Shown: piece by piece, positions 37,333-46,196 of the stretch
Layout of the letters: every line of letters starts with the position of its first letter
How positions within the stretch are numbered: position 1 is the stretch's first letter
Source of the DNA: Candidatus Eiseniibacteriota bacterium
GTDB lineage: Bacteria > Eisenbacteria > RBG-16-71-46 > SZUA-252
Length of the DNA stretch: 64,000 bases
Direction: 5' to 3'
Assembly: GCA_041486775.1 (NCBI GenBank)
Contig: JBGPMB010000001.1
Coordinates: 1,505 to 65,504, forward strand
Position numbers and translations under genes: made by a program
The notes under the pieces: model-generated
The model's database searches: none
What the model was told of the DNA's origin: nothing
The model's input: the letters and a program-made list of their open reading frames with translations, nothing else

Positions 37333-37769
37333 ACCGCTCGGAATTCACACGCTGGCTCGACGCCGGCGGGCCCGCTCCTTCGCTGCCGGACCGCGCTGCC
37401 TTCATGGATCGGGTCATGGCCGAGGTTGCCTCCACCAGGCAAGAGCCGCGCCCTTACCTCTTACCCGCTCCGCCTGCTCTGCCGTGGTGGGTGCAGGCGG
37501 CCGCGGACCCGGCCGCCGTGCTCGCCTGCGCGCTGCTGGCGCTCCTCTTGTGGAGGCCCGACGCCCTTTCCGACCTGGCCCGCCTCCTCTCGGATCGCTT
37601 CAGCGTCCTCGCGTGGCCCGTGGTCGCACAGGCGCGCTCCTATCTGGGGCTCGAGCGCCCCTTGATCGCGGGCGTGCTCGGGTTCCTGGCGCTCTTCCTG
37701 ATCGGGTGGATTTCGCTCCACCTCTATCGCTGGACCGAGCGGGTGACGCGCCGCTCGGCCGGCGCCTGA
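37329..37769 (+). CDS. Putative membrane anti-sigma factor
   Basis: 146 aa, 2-3 TM helices. Its ATG overlaps the sigma-gene stop (ATGA), so it is translationally coupled to the ECF sigma gene. Confidence 0.55.
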   Translation: MNRSEFTRWLDAGGPAPSLPDRAAFMDRVMAEVASTRQEPRPYLLPAPPALPWWVQAAADPAAVLACALLALLLWRPDALSDLARLLSDRFSVLAWPVVAQARSYLGLERPLIAGVLGFLALFLIGWISLHLYRWTERVTRRSAGA

Positions 37770-37776
37770 CGCCGCC

Positions 37777-38178
37777 CTACCCCCGCCGTCTCTTCCGCAT
37801 GGACCCGTCCATGGAGAACGGCCCGCCGCCGTGCGCCGCGAGGAAGAGAAAGACGAACGAGTAGAGAGCGGCCAGCTCCCCGTGATTCAGGAGCGGAACC
37901 CACCCGTGCGGCGCGTGCGCCTTGAAGTAGGCCACCGCCATCTCGCCCGAGAGAAGGAACGCGGTGGGGCGGGTGAGCAAGCCCAGCACGATGAGCACGC
38001 CCCCCACCAGCTCCAGCACTCCCGCGAACCAGGGTAGCTGGGGGAACGCCAGCGCCATCCTCTGCGAGCCGGGCTCCACGAACCAACCCAGGAGCTTCTG
38101 TGCTCCATGACAGAAAAAGAGAAAGCCGGTCACGATCCGAAGAACCGTGAGCGCCAGATCACTCAGCTTACTTCCCAT
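37777..38178 (-). CDS. DoxX-family membrane protein
   Basis: LTVLRIVTGFLFFCHGAQKL...LELVGGVLIVLGLLTRPTAFLLSGEMAVAYF is a typical DoxX motif; 133 aa. Confidence 0.8.
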   Translation of the reverse strand: MGSKLSDLALTVLRIVTGFLFFCHGAQKLLGWFVEPGSQRMALAFPQLPWFAGVLELVGGVLIVLGLLTRPTAFLLSGEMAVAYFKAHAPHGWVPLLNHGELAALYSFVFLFLAAHGGGPFSMDGSMRKRRRG

Positions 38179-38890
38179 CGCGCGTCCCTCCTTGAGAACG
38201 GATCCCTTCCGCGACTCCCATGCCGTACCAGAATCCGGCGTCGGGTCGCTTGGACCACGCCCGCAACGCCTCCACCGCGCCGTCCAGGGCGCGCCCGTCC
38301 AGGAGCCTCGTCGCGAGGATTTCCTCCCTCGCTCCCTCCATGATGCGGCTCATGTTCTCCACAAGGCCCGGGAAATGCGGCGAGCCGGAGCACCCGCCGA
38401 AGAAGATCCAGTTGTTCCGAGCCGGTTCGGCGCCCGCCCGGCGCAAGAGCTCCACGAGCTTCTTCCCGACGTGAGGATCGTTCCCCAGCCGAGCGTAGGT
38501 CTGCATGTAGGCGCGCCAGAGGGCTTCGACCCCAGGGGGCTCGGGCCACAGGCGCAGGATGTCGTGGTCTTCGTCTTCGAGCACGATCCGCCCTCCGGGC
38601 CGCACGGCAGAAACCATGGTGCGCACCACGGCCTCGGGATCGGGCACGTGCTCCAGGAGAAAGCGCGCGTGCGCCACATCGAACGTGCCCCACTCCTCCT
38701 CGCGCAGGGGGGGATGGATCGCGTCTCCCACCCGGAACTCGACCCAGCCCTCTTCCTTCGCGGCCTTCGCGAGGCGCTTTGCTTCCTCCGTCTGCTCCGG
38801 GCTCGCGTCGATCCCCACCGCCTTGCCCCTCTGGCCCGAGGCGATCGCCATGGAGCGCGTGAGCTGACCCAGGCCCGAGCCCAGGTCCAA
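38168..38890 (-). CDS. Class I SAM-dependent methyltransferase (conserved core; N-terminal extension likely, see findings)
   Basis: Motif I VLDLGSGLGQLT, an acidic residue in VGIDAS, and motif post-I/II. The frame stays open 42 codons further upstream with a conserved-looking ...EIDIRPGERVLDLGSG, but it has no ATG/GTG/TTG. Confidence 0.75.
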   Translation of the reverse strand: MDLGSGLGQLTRSMAIASGQRGKAVGIDASPEQTEEAKRLAKAAKEEGWVEFRVGDAIHPPLREEEWGTFDVAHARFLLEHVPDPEAVVRTMVSAVRPGGRIVLEDEDHDILRLWPEPPGVEALWRAYMQTYARLGNDPHVGKKLVELLRRAGAEPARNNWIFFGGCSGSPHFPGLVENMSRIMEGAREEILATRLLDGRALDGAVEALRAWSKRPDAGFWYGMGVAEGIRSQGGTRDGK

Positions 38891-39012
38891 GACGCGCTCG
38901 CCGGGTCGAATGTCGATCTCACGGAGCGAGGCCGTGTTCAGCCGCTCGTTCAGCCGGGAAAGGCGGAGCTGCTCTTCGGGATCCGTGCCGTGGATGTAGG
39001 ACGAGGGCCGGC

Positions 39013-39399
39013 TCAGCGGCGCTCCCGCATGGCGGAGATCAACGCTTCCATGTGGTCCAGGTAGCGGAGCAGGGCGCGGCGGCCCGGCTCGGTGATGCGG
39101 AACTCGGTCTTCGGAAGGCGCCCCTCGTAGCTCTTAACGCACGAAATGTATCGCGCCTGCTCCAGCTTCCGGGCGTGCACGCTCAGGTTACCGTCCGTCG
39201 CGTGGATCAGGGCCTTGAGCTCGTTGAAGGTGAGCGACTCGTTGACCGCGAGCGCGCTCAAGATCGCGAGGCGCAGCCTTTCATGGATCAGCCAGTCCAC
39301 CTCGGGCGGGCCCACCGCGTGCGCGTGCGGCACGGCGGACGCGACCGTTCTCGGGCGCTCGACGCGGCGAACGCGCTTGCGGGGCGCGGGCTCAGCCAC
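39013..39399 (-). CDS. Winged-helix transcriptional regulator (ArsR/MarR-like wHTH)
   Basis: LRLAILSALAVNESLTFNELKALIHATDGNLSVHARKLEQARYISCVKSYEGRLPKTEFRITEPGRRALLRYLDHMEAL has the shape helix-turn-helix plus wing plus C-terminal dimerisation helix. Confidence 0.6.
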   Translation of the reverse strand: MAEPAPRKRVRRVERPRTVASAVPHAHAVGPPEVDWLIHERLRLAILSALAVNESLTFNELKALIHATDGNLSVHARKLEQARYISCVKSYEGRLPKTEFRITEPGRRALLRYLDHMEALISAMRERR

Positions 39400-40003
39400 C
39401 GTACCTCCTCGCGATCGCGACCCCGAAGGCCATGTGGAGCCCGCCGAAGCCCGCGGCCATCAAGGGATCTCCCCAGGCCGGAGGGCCGTAGAGCGCGCAC
39501 GCGCCCAGCAAGAGAAAGCAGATCCCCATGACCGGGACCACCGCGACCGAGAAGAGCCCGCCCGTCACGATTCCGGTTCCGTACAGGGCGAGCCAGAGGC
39601 CGGGCAGGCGGTCCGAGGCGCTCGAGTGGAGCAGGGGCGGGGTCAGGAGCGCGCCGACGACGATCGGCAGGCCGAAGCTCAGGGCGAATTTCCTGCTCGC
39701 TCCGGTGAATAGCGGCAGGTCCGCGGCCCGGGCCTTCCTCGCGATCGCCCAGGCGGAGATGACGAGCGCCAGAAGCGCCTCCGCGATCCAGACCCAGACC
39801 CATTCCCCGCGGGTGGCCCGGCCGGCCGCGATCCAAGCCGCCGCGAGGGCCGTGAGGCCGACCGCGATCTGCCCCTTTCCGGAGACGGCGGTGAAGGAAC
39901 CGGCGCGCTCGATCGCTCCGCGGATGAAGGAGAGATTGTCCATGGCCCGCAGGTGGAGCGGGACGGGCTCGGCGCGCGAGGCGGGTGGGAACGGCTTGGG
40001 CAT
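39392..40003 (-). CDS. Hypothetical polytopic membrane protein
   Basis: 203 aa with about 5 TM helices. It overlaps the start of the downstream regulator by 8 nt. ORF and context only. Confidence 0.45.
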   Translation of the reverse strand: MPKPFPPASRAEPVPLHLRAMDNLSFIRGAIERAGSFTAVSGKGQIAVGLTALAAAWIAAGRATRGEWVWVWIAEALLALVISAWAIARKARAADLPLFTGASRKFALSFGLPIVVGALLTPPLLHSSASDRLPGLWLALYGTGIVTGGLFSVAVVPVMGICFLLLGACALYGPPAWGDPLMAAGFGGLHMAFGVAIARRYGG

Positions 40004-40059
40004 CCCGTGATGCTAAGAACGGCGGCGCACCGGGTCAAGCGCCGCTTTACGGCTCAAAG

Positions 40060-41247
40060 TTACTGGTCGTCGCCGGAGTCGTCGTCCGAATCGTCCTTGT
40101 CGCCCTTCTCCGACTTCGACTTGTCGCCCTTGTGAAGCTTGTCCGCCTTGTTCCCGTTCTCGTCGTTCTCGTCGCTGTCGCAGGTGGAGCGGGCCTCGCC
40201 GGGCCGCCTGAGGAAGATCGTGCCCTGGAACGACTCCAGCTCGAACTTGGCGCGTCCGGTGCCGAGCGTCGTCTCGAAGCGGCGGGACTTGATCTTCTTC
40301 AGGGTCACCGGGAAGCTGGAGTCGATGCCGCCGCTGAAGGTGGAGAGGGAGAGCGTGGCGTTGGACCTCTCGGGCATCGCGACGTCGATGCATCCGTTGT
40401 GGGTCGCGAATCGGTAGAAGCCGCGATCGGCCACTTGCCCCTCGAACGTGACCGGGCCGTTGACCGTGGAAGCGTCGACGGAATCCGACGAGGCGCCCTC
40501 GATCTCGATCCCACCGTTCACCGACTCGGCGAAGATGGATCCCGTCACGTTCGCGAGACGGACCGTCTCGTTGACCGAGCTGGCCTCGACGCGGCCGCGC
40601 ACGTCCTGCGCCAAGATTCCGCCCTGAACCGAGCTGAGCGAGGCGAACCCCGTCGAGCGCTTGAGTGTGATGTCGCCCTGGACGGTCTCGAGCCGGACTT
40701 CGCCGCGCGTGTCCGTGACGTCGATGTCCGTGTTGATTCCCGACAGCTCGAGCTTCATCCAGCGCGGCGCCACGATGCGGTAGCGGACCGTGGCGGGGAT
40801 CCACCGACGCGAATTCACCTTGAGACGAATCGCCGAGCCGGTCCGCTCGATCATCACGCGGTCGCGGACCGAGTGGTCCGCGGCGATCTTGATCGCGTCC
40901 TTGTCCCAGGTTTTCACGCTGATCGAGCCGCCGAAGTTCTCGATCTCGAGAGCGGTGCCGGGGCGCACCGCCATCGTGGTGTCCGGTTGGGGAACCGTGT
41001 CCTCGTCTCCCTCCTCCTCGGCGTCCGAATCCTCGGAATCGTCATGGGAGAAGGCCTCGAGGGTGGGAAGCGATGTCTCGACCACGGATACGGCCGCCGC
41101 AACCGCGGATTTGGCGATCACGGCCGCGGCCTTGACGGCTGCCTCGACCGCGGACTCGATCTCGGGATCCGGACAGTCGGCCCGGACGGCCTGCGGGAGG
41201 ACGATGAAGGCCGCGAGTGCTACGGCCGCGAGCGCTGCGCGCATCAA
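40060..41247 (-). CDS. DUF4097-type putative adhesin/beta-helix protein with a poly-acidic C-terminal tail
   Basis: Repetitive beta-strand units (GSISVKT.., GEVRLETVQGDITLK, GRVEASSVNETVRLANVTGSIFAESVNGGIEI) as in DUF4097 proteins downstream of anti-sigma factors. The tail is ...DENDENGNKADKLHKGDKSKSEKGDKDDSDDDSGDDQ. Confidence 0.7.
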   Translation of the reverse strand: MMRAALAAVALAAFIVLPQAVRADCPDPEIESAVEAAVKAAAVIAKSAVAAAVSVVETSLPTLEAFSHDDSEDSDAEEEGDEDTVPQPDTTMAVRPGTALEIENFGGSISVKTWDKDAIKIAADHSVRDRVMIERTGSAIRLKVNSRRWIPATVRYRIVAPRWMKLELSGINTDIDVTDTRGEVRLETVQGDITLKRSTGFASLSSVQGGILAQDVRGRVEASSVNETVRLANVTGSIFAESVNGGIEIEGASSDSVDASTVNGPVTFEGQVADRGFYRFATHNGCIDVAMPERSNATLSLSTFSGGIDSSFPVTLKKIKSRRFETTLGTGRAKFELESFQGTIFLRRPGEARSTCDSDENDENGNKADKLHKGDKSKSEKGDKDDSDDDSGDDQ

Positions 41248-42062
41248 CGGGGTCCCTCCGCACTGGATGTGCTGGCGAGCATGGTGGCGCGCTGGAGAAG
41301 CTCGACCCGGCGGCGCATGGTCTCCGCCAAGTGCTGCTTCACGTACGAATCGGCCGGATCGGCCGCGAGCGCGCGTTTCCCTTGATCGATCGCGAGATCG
41401 ATGATGGCAAGATTGGCTTCGAGCGTCCGGATGGTCGTGGGATCGAGCCGGTCACGCTCCCTGGCGAGCGCCTTCCGGAGCTCGGAGATGGCCTCTTCCT
41501 TCGGCGTCTCCGGTGTCTGCGCCGCGAGAGAGGCTTCGGGACCGGTCCGCTCGGCGGGGACCGCCGCGACCGAAGCCGGGGGCTCGGCCCGCCTCTCCTC
41601 CGACGCCTCGGACTTGGGCTCGGCCCCGTCGCTCTTGACCTCGGGCCCGCGGGCCAGAGTCCCGGCGGGCGCTGTTCCCGCCGCCGGCTCGTGATGGCGC
41701 AGGACCAGGAAGACGGAGCCCGCGGAAAGGATCGCGACCGCGAGACAGGCGGCCAGGAGCTCGGGGAGCGAGAAGAATCGCGTGCGGCGCGGAGGTCCCA
41801 ATAGAGTGATCTTGTCGGACTCCGCCCCCGGACGCGCGACGCCGCCCTCCGCGATCGCTTTCTCGATGCGCGGCCAGAGCTCCGCCGGAGCGGGAGGCCG
41901 TGGCATCTCACGAGCCTGCGCGCGGACTTTTCCCAGGTCCTCGAGCACCCGCGCGCATTCCGCGCATTGCTGGAGGTGCGCTTCGAGCGTCTCGCGATCG
42001 GAGCGGTCCAATTCTCCGTCCAGATATTCGGAGAGGCGTTCCATCCAGGGGTCTTGCATCAC
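41244..42062 (-). CDS. Anti-sigma factor with N-terminal zf-HC2 zinc-finger and one TM helix
   Basis: LEAHLQQCAECARVLEDL matches the HxxxCxxC zf-HC2 anti-sigma motif. A TM helix near residue 120 is followed by a Pro/Ala-rich periplasmic region. Its start overlaps the DUF4097 gene by 4 nt. Confidence 0.75.
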   Translation of the reverse strand: MMQDPWMERLSEYLDGELDRSDRETLEAHLQQCAECARVLEDLGKVRAQAREMPRPPAPAELWPRIEKAIAEGGVARPGAESDKITLLGPPRRTRFFSLPELLAACLAVAILSAGSVFLVLRHHEPAAGTAPAGTLARGPEVKSDGAEPKSEASEERRAEPPASVAAVPAERTGPEASLAAQTPETPKEEAISELRKALARERDRLDPTTIRTLEANLAIIDLAIDQGKRALAADPADSYVKQHLAETMRRRVELLQRATMLASTSSAEGPR

Positions 42063-42072
42063 ATCACTCCAG

Positions 42073-42651
42073 TCATCGTGTGAGATGCCGGCGCAGGATC
42101 ATGCGCGCCCGGTGCAGTTGCGCTTTCGAGGTGCCGGATGAAATCCCCAGCATCGTCGCGATCTCCTCGTGCTGGTATCCCTCCACGTCGTACAGCACGA
42201 ATACCGTTTTCGCCCCGTCGGGCAGGTGCTCGATGGCCCGCTCGAAGTCCATGCCCAGATCCGTCGGGCCGGGCTTGGCGGGGACGGCGTCCAGAACCCC
42301 CTCCTCGTCGGAGATGCGGCTCCATTCGGTTCGAAGAGCCGCCCGGCGGGCGAGGATCACGTTCACCGCGAGCCTGTGGAGCCAGGTCCCGAAGGCGGAC
42401 TCGCCCCGGAAGGTCCCGAGCTTTTCCCACGCTCTGAGGAAGATGTCCTGGGTGAGATCCACCGCCGATTCGTTCGTCGTCATGCGCCGCGCCAGATTGA
42501 AGATACGGGCCGAATGGGCGCGGTACAGGCGCGCGAAGGCGCGCACGTCCCCCCCGGCGGCGAGGGCCACGTCCTCTCGGTCCTTGTACCTCGAAGGTAG
42601 TCCTTCCGAGTCCTGGCTCGGTGTCATGGTCCCGCCGGCCGAGTAGCTCAT
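42073..42651 (-). CDS. ECF-subfamily RNA polymerase sigma-70 factor
   Basis: Region 2 (FARLYRAHSARIFNLARRMTTNESAVDLTQDIFLRAWEKLGTFRG) and region 4 (LPDGAKTVFVLYDVEGYQHEEIATMLGISSGTSKAQLHRAR). Confidence 0.9.
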   Translation of the reverse strand: MSYSAGGTMTPSQDSEGLPSRYKDREDVALAAGGDVRAFARLYRAHSARIFNLARRMTTNESAVDLTQDIFLRAWEKLGTFRGESAFGTWLHRLAVNVILARRAALRTEWSRISDEEGVLDAVPAKPGPTDLGMDFERAIEHLPDGAKTVFVLYDVEGYQHEEIATMLGISSGTSKAQLHRARMILRRHLTR

Positions 42652-42682
42652 TCACACCTTTGGATAGAGATGAGGCTCTTGG

Positions 42683-42718
42683 GGTTGGAATCGAAGCACC
42701 CGCACTCCCGTTCCAACC
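42683..42718. promoter_or_regulatory. Palindromic GGTTGGAA-N19-TTCCAACC element with ECF-type promoter motifs on both strands
   Basis: The minus strand reads GGAAC-N17-GATTCC, 35-65 nt upstream of the ECF sigma start. The plus strand reads GGAAT-N17-CGTT, pointing toward the DUF5916 gene. ECF -35 elements are typically GGAAC. Confidence 0.3.
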
Positions 42719-42891
42719 AATTCCGCCGGCCCGCCATCATAGGACGTACATCGCCGCCGCGCACGCCCGCTTCGACCTGGACGGTCCCCGGCATTGCACG
42801 AAACCGGACCCGCCCGCGAACGCGTAGAAACATCGTGCGGGGCGCTGCACGCTCCGTGACGTTCCGAAACCAAGCCCTGGAGAGCCCGCAG

Positions 42892-45552
42892 ATGCTCGTG
42901 ATCTTGCTGCTCGCCTTGTTCGCCGCCTCGCCCGCCTTAGGTCAGCCCGCGGATTCCACGCATGTCTACAACCATGCGGACGCGCCGGCGATCCACGCCC
43001 TGCAGATCACCGAGCACATCAAGGTGGACGGCAAGCTGGATGAGCCCGCCTGGGCCAAGGCGGAAGCGGTGGATCGCTTCACCCAGCGTGATCCCGACGA
43101 GGGAAAGCCGGTTTCGGAGCGCACGGAGGTCCGCATCCTGATCAGCGACGACGCCCTCTACGTCGGGGCCCGCCTCTACGATCACGATGCGGCGAAGATC
43201 CGGCGCCGGCTGGTTCGCCGCGACGAGGACCTGGCCTCCGATTATTTCGCGCTGCTCCTCGATTCCTATCACGACCATCTGACCACGTATCGCTTCCGGG
43301 TGAATCCCGCGGGCTCCTACGACGATTCCTACATCGATTCGCGGGGGAACGCGGACTTCTCCTGGGATCCGGTCTGGCACGTGCACACCACGATCGATTC
43401 TCTGGGCTGGACGGCGGAGATGGAGATCCCCCTCTCCCAGCTCCGCTTCAACCCGTCCTCCGACGCGGTGTGGGGGATCCAGATGCGGCGGTGGATCGAC
43501 CGCAAGCAGGAGCTGGCCGAATTCTCGTTCACGCCCAAGAAGGAGCAGGAAGACGCGGGCCGTTACGGGCATCTCGTGGGCCTGGGGGACCTCTCCTCGC
43601 CGCGGCATGTCGAGATCCTTCCGTACAGCCTCGCGAAGGCGGATTACCACGCCATGACGCCCGGGGATCCGTTCCAGGACGGCTCCGAGGGGGTCGGGTC
43701 CCTGGGGGCGGATTTCAAGTACGGACTCACGAGTAATCTGACGCTCGACGCAACGGTGAACCCGGATTTCGGGCAGGTCGAAGTCGACCCCGCCGTGGTG
43801 AATCTCACCGCCGTGGAGACTTTCTTCCCGGAGAGGCGGCCCTTCTTCATCGAGGGGGCCGATCTGTTCCGGTTCGGCCAGAGCCGGAGCCAGAACAGCT
43901 TCAACACCACCATCCCCTTCCACGCCCGGCGGATCGGCAGGACACCGCAGCTCGCGCTGGGAGGGACCGGCTACAACTTCGTGGACGCCCCATCGGTGAC
44001 GACGATCGACACGGCGCTCAAGCTCACGGGGAAGACAAAGAAAGGGTGGTCGGTGGGGGTTCTCGACGCCCTGACGTCGCGGGAGCGCGCCCGATATCTC
44101 GACGATGCCGGGCTCATGCACCGAGAGCCCATCGAGCCTTTGACGAACTACTTCGTGGGGAGGCTCCGGCGCGAGTACGGCGGCGGCAATACCTCGATCG
44201 GCCTGCTCGGCACCGCCGCCTCACGCGACGGATCGGACCCGACCCTCGCTTCCATGCTCCGGTCGGGGGCCTACGTCAGCGGGATGGACTTCAACCGGTT
44301 CTGGTCCAACCGGAGCTGGTCTCTGGATGGATTCATCCTCGGAAGCTACATCCGCGGCACCGCCGCGGCCATCGATCGGGCGCAGCGCTCGAGCGTCCGC
44401 TACTTCCAGCGTCCGGACGCGAGCCACCTGCACTACGACCCGACGCGGACTTCCCTGGCCGGCGGCGCGGGTCAGCTCTCGCTGAACAAGATCGGCGGCG
44501 AGCACTGGGTCGGCACCGCCACCTATCAGGATTGGAGTCCAGGATTCGAGATCAACGACGTGGGATACCAGAACGCGGCGGACTGCCGAGGCTTCTCGTG
44601 GCTCGGGCTCTACAAGGAAAGCAAGCCGAGCAAGCTCTTCCACAACTGGGACGCCTTCGTTTTCACGAATCATTCGTTCAACTACGCGGGGGACCTCACC
44701 TACCAGGGTTACGAGGCGGACGCCGAGGGCACCTTCCGCAACTACTGGTATGGGGACACCCGGGTCTCCTGGTATCCGGGCGGCTACGACGACCGTCTCA
44801 CCCGCGGAGGTCCCATGTCGCGTGTCCCGCCCGGGGGGCGCGTGCGGTTCACGGTGAACTCGGATTTCCGGAAAACCTATCAGGCCGGATGGCAGGGCAA
44901 CTGGACGTGGGACGACGCGGGCGGGCGGTCCGTCCAGCAAACGCCGTCGCTCGCGCTCCATCCCTCTTCCTCCGTGCTGGTCCGCTTCGACCCCACGATC
45001 CGGGTCTCCCGGGACATGGCGCAATTCGTCACCACCGTCCCGGATTCCACGGCGGGCGCGACCTACGGCTCCCGCTATGTGTTCGCGACCCTGGAGCAGA
45101 CCTCGGTCTCGCTCGATACGCGGGTCAACTGGACCTTCTCGCCGAAGCTCAGCCTGCAGCTCTACCTCCAGCCGTTCGTGGTGAGCGGCCTCTACAAGGA
45201 TTTGAAGCAGCTCACGGCCCCGCGGGAATACGAGTTCGGCGTGTACGGGCGGAACACGGGCACGGTCCAGCGCGACTCCACCGGCGCCTACAAGATCGAT
45301 CCCGACGGCGCCGGACCGGCGTCCGCCTTCACGGTCGCCGACCCCAACTTCAACTTCCGCTCGCTCCTGGGCAACGCCGTGCTCCGCTGGGAGTACCGGC
45401 CCGGCTCGGCGGTCTTCCTGGTCTGGCAGCAGAGCCGCAGCGAATCGCAGCCGTTCGGGGACTTCGATTTCTCCCGCGATTTCCGCGCCCTTCTCGACAA
45501 CGGCCCCGAGAACATCTTCGCCATCAAGGCGACCTACTGGCTGGGCATCTGA
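42892..45552 (+). CDS. DUF5916-family protein with N-terminal carbohydrate-binding (CBM9-like) module; probable outer-membrane barrel
   Basis: Starts at MLVILLLALFAASPALGQ (signal peptide). The N-terminal IKVDGKLDEPAWAKAEAVDRFTQRDP is CBM9-like. The C-terminal 600 aa have alternating-strand barrel character ending ...IKATYWLGI. 886 aa. Confidence 0.7.
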   Translation: MLVILLLALFAASPALGQPADSTHVYNHADAPAIHALQITEHIKVDGKLDEPAWAKAEAVDRFTQRDPDEGKPVSERTEVRILISDDALYVGARLYDHDAAKIRRRLVRRDEDLASDYFALLLDSYHDHLTTYRFRVNPAGSYDDSYIDSRGNADFSWDPVWHVHTTIDSLGWTAEMEIPLSQLRFNPSSDAVWGIQMRRWIDRKQELAEFSFTPKKEQEDAGRYGHLVGLGDLSSPRHVEILPYSLAKADYHAMTPGDPFQDGSEGVGSLGADFKYGLTSNLTLDATVNPDFGQVEVDPAVVNLTAVETFFPERRPFFIEGADLFRFGQSRSQNSFNTTIPFHARRIGRTPQLALGGTGYNFVDAPSVTTIDTALKLTGKTKKGWSVGVLDALTSRERARYLDDAGLMHREPIEPLTNYFVGRLRREYGGGNTSIGLLGTAASRDGSDPTLASMLRSGAYVSGMDFNRFWSNRSWSLDGFILGSYIRGTAAAIDRAQRSSVRYFQRPDASHLHYDPTRTSLAGGAGQLSLNKIGGEHWVGTATYQDWSPGFEINDVGYQNAADCRGFSWLGLYKESKPSKLFHNWDAFVFTNHSFNYAGDLTYQGYEADAEGTFRNYWYGDTRVSWYPGGYDDRLTRGGPMSRVPPGGRVRFTVNSDFRKTYQAGWQGNWTWDDAGGRSVQQTPSLALHPSSSVLVRFDPTIRVSRDMAQFVTTVPDSTAGATYGSRYVFATLEQTSVSLDTRVNWTFSPKLSLQLYLQPFVVSGLYKDLKQLTAPREYEFGVYGRNTGTVQRDSTGAYKIDPDGAGPASAFTVADPNFNFRSLLGNAVLRWEYRPGSAVFLVWQQSRSESQPFGDFDFSRDFRALLDNGPENIFAIKATYWLGI

Positions 45553-45611
45553 ATCTGCTATTCTGACCGCTTCACCTCCACCCAAGACAGAACCCCATCC
45601 GAGAGGCCCCT

Positions 45612-46190
45612 ATGTCCGAGGTCGTAAAGTCCCTTCTCCGGCCGGCGGAGGGCTTTCGCTCCCGCGAGGCCGCCGGCTTCTATGCTCAGCTCGAGGATCA
45701 GGCCCGGATTCTCCGCGAATCCATTCAGGGGATCACGCCGCAAGAGCTGGAGTGGCAACCCGAGCGCGGCATGAACACCATCGGGATGCTCCTGGCGCAC
45801 AACGCCATCGTCGACGTCTTCTGGACCCAGGCCGGGGTTCTCGGAATGAAGGATTTCGACAGCCTGCCCGTCCTTGGAATCACGATGGACGACGACGGGA
45901 TGCCGCTCGCTCCGGACGCGGAGGGGCCGGCCAATCTCAAGGGGAAGCCCGTGGCCTTCTATGAGGATCTGCTGGCCCGGGGACGGGCCTACCTCAAGGA
46001 GGCATGGGCCAAGGTCTCGGACGCGGACCTGGACAAGGAGATCACGCGGGACCGCCCCGATGGGAGCAAGCGGGTCTTGAGCATGCGCTGGGCCATGTAC
46101 CACGTCGTCGAGCACTACGCGGGGCACCGCGGGCAGATCCAGCTTCTGCGCCATCTGTATCGCGCGACCGTCGGCGCTCCCTCGAGGTAA
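45612..46190 (+). CDS. DinB/YfiT-like (DinB_2) protein, second copy
   Basis: GMLLAHNAIVDVFW ... MYHVVEHYAGHRGQI is the His-triad four-helix-bundle pattern. Confidence 0.75.
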   Translation: MSEVVKSLLRPAEGFRSREAAGFYAQLEDQARILRESIQGITPQELEWQPERGMNTIGMLLAHNAIVDVFWTQAGVLGMKDFDSLPVLGITMDDDGMPLAPDAEGPANLKGKPVAFYEDLLARGRAYLKEAWAKVSDADLDKEITRDRPDGSKRVLSMRWAMYHVVEHYAGHRGQIQLLRHLYRATVGAPSR

Positions 46191-46196
46191 CCCGCG

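Noticed and set aside
42937-45585. 394-aa and 454-aa minus-strand ORFs
   Set aside because: They are antisense to the DUF5916 gene, which has a signal peptide, a CBM9-like domain and barrel periodicity.
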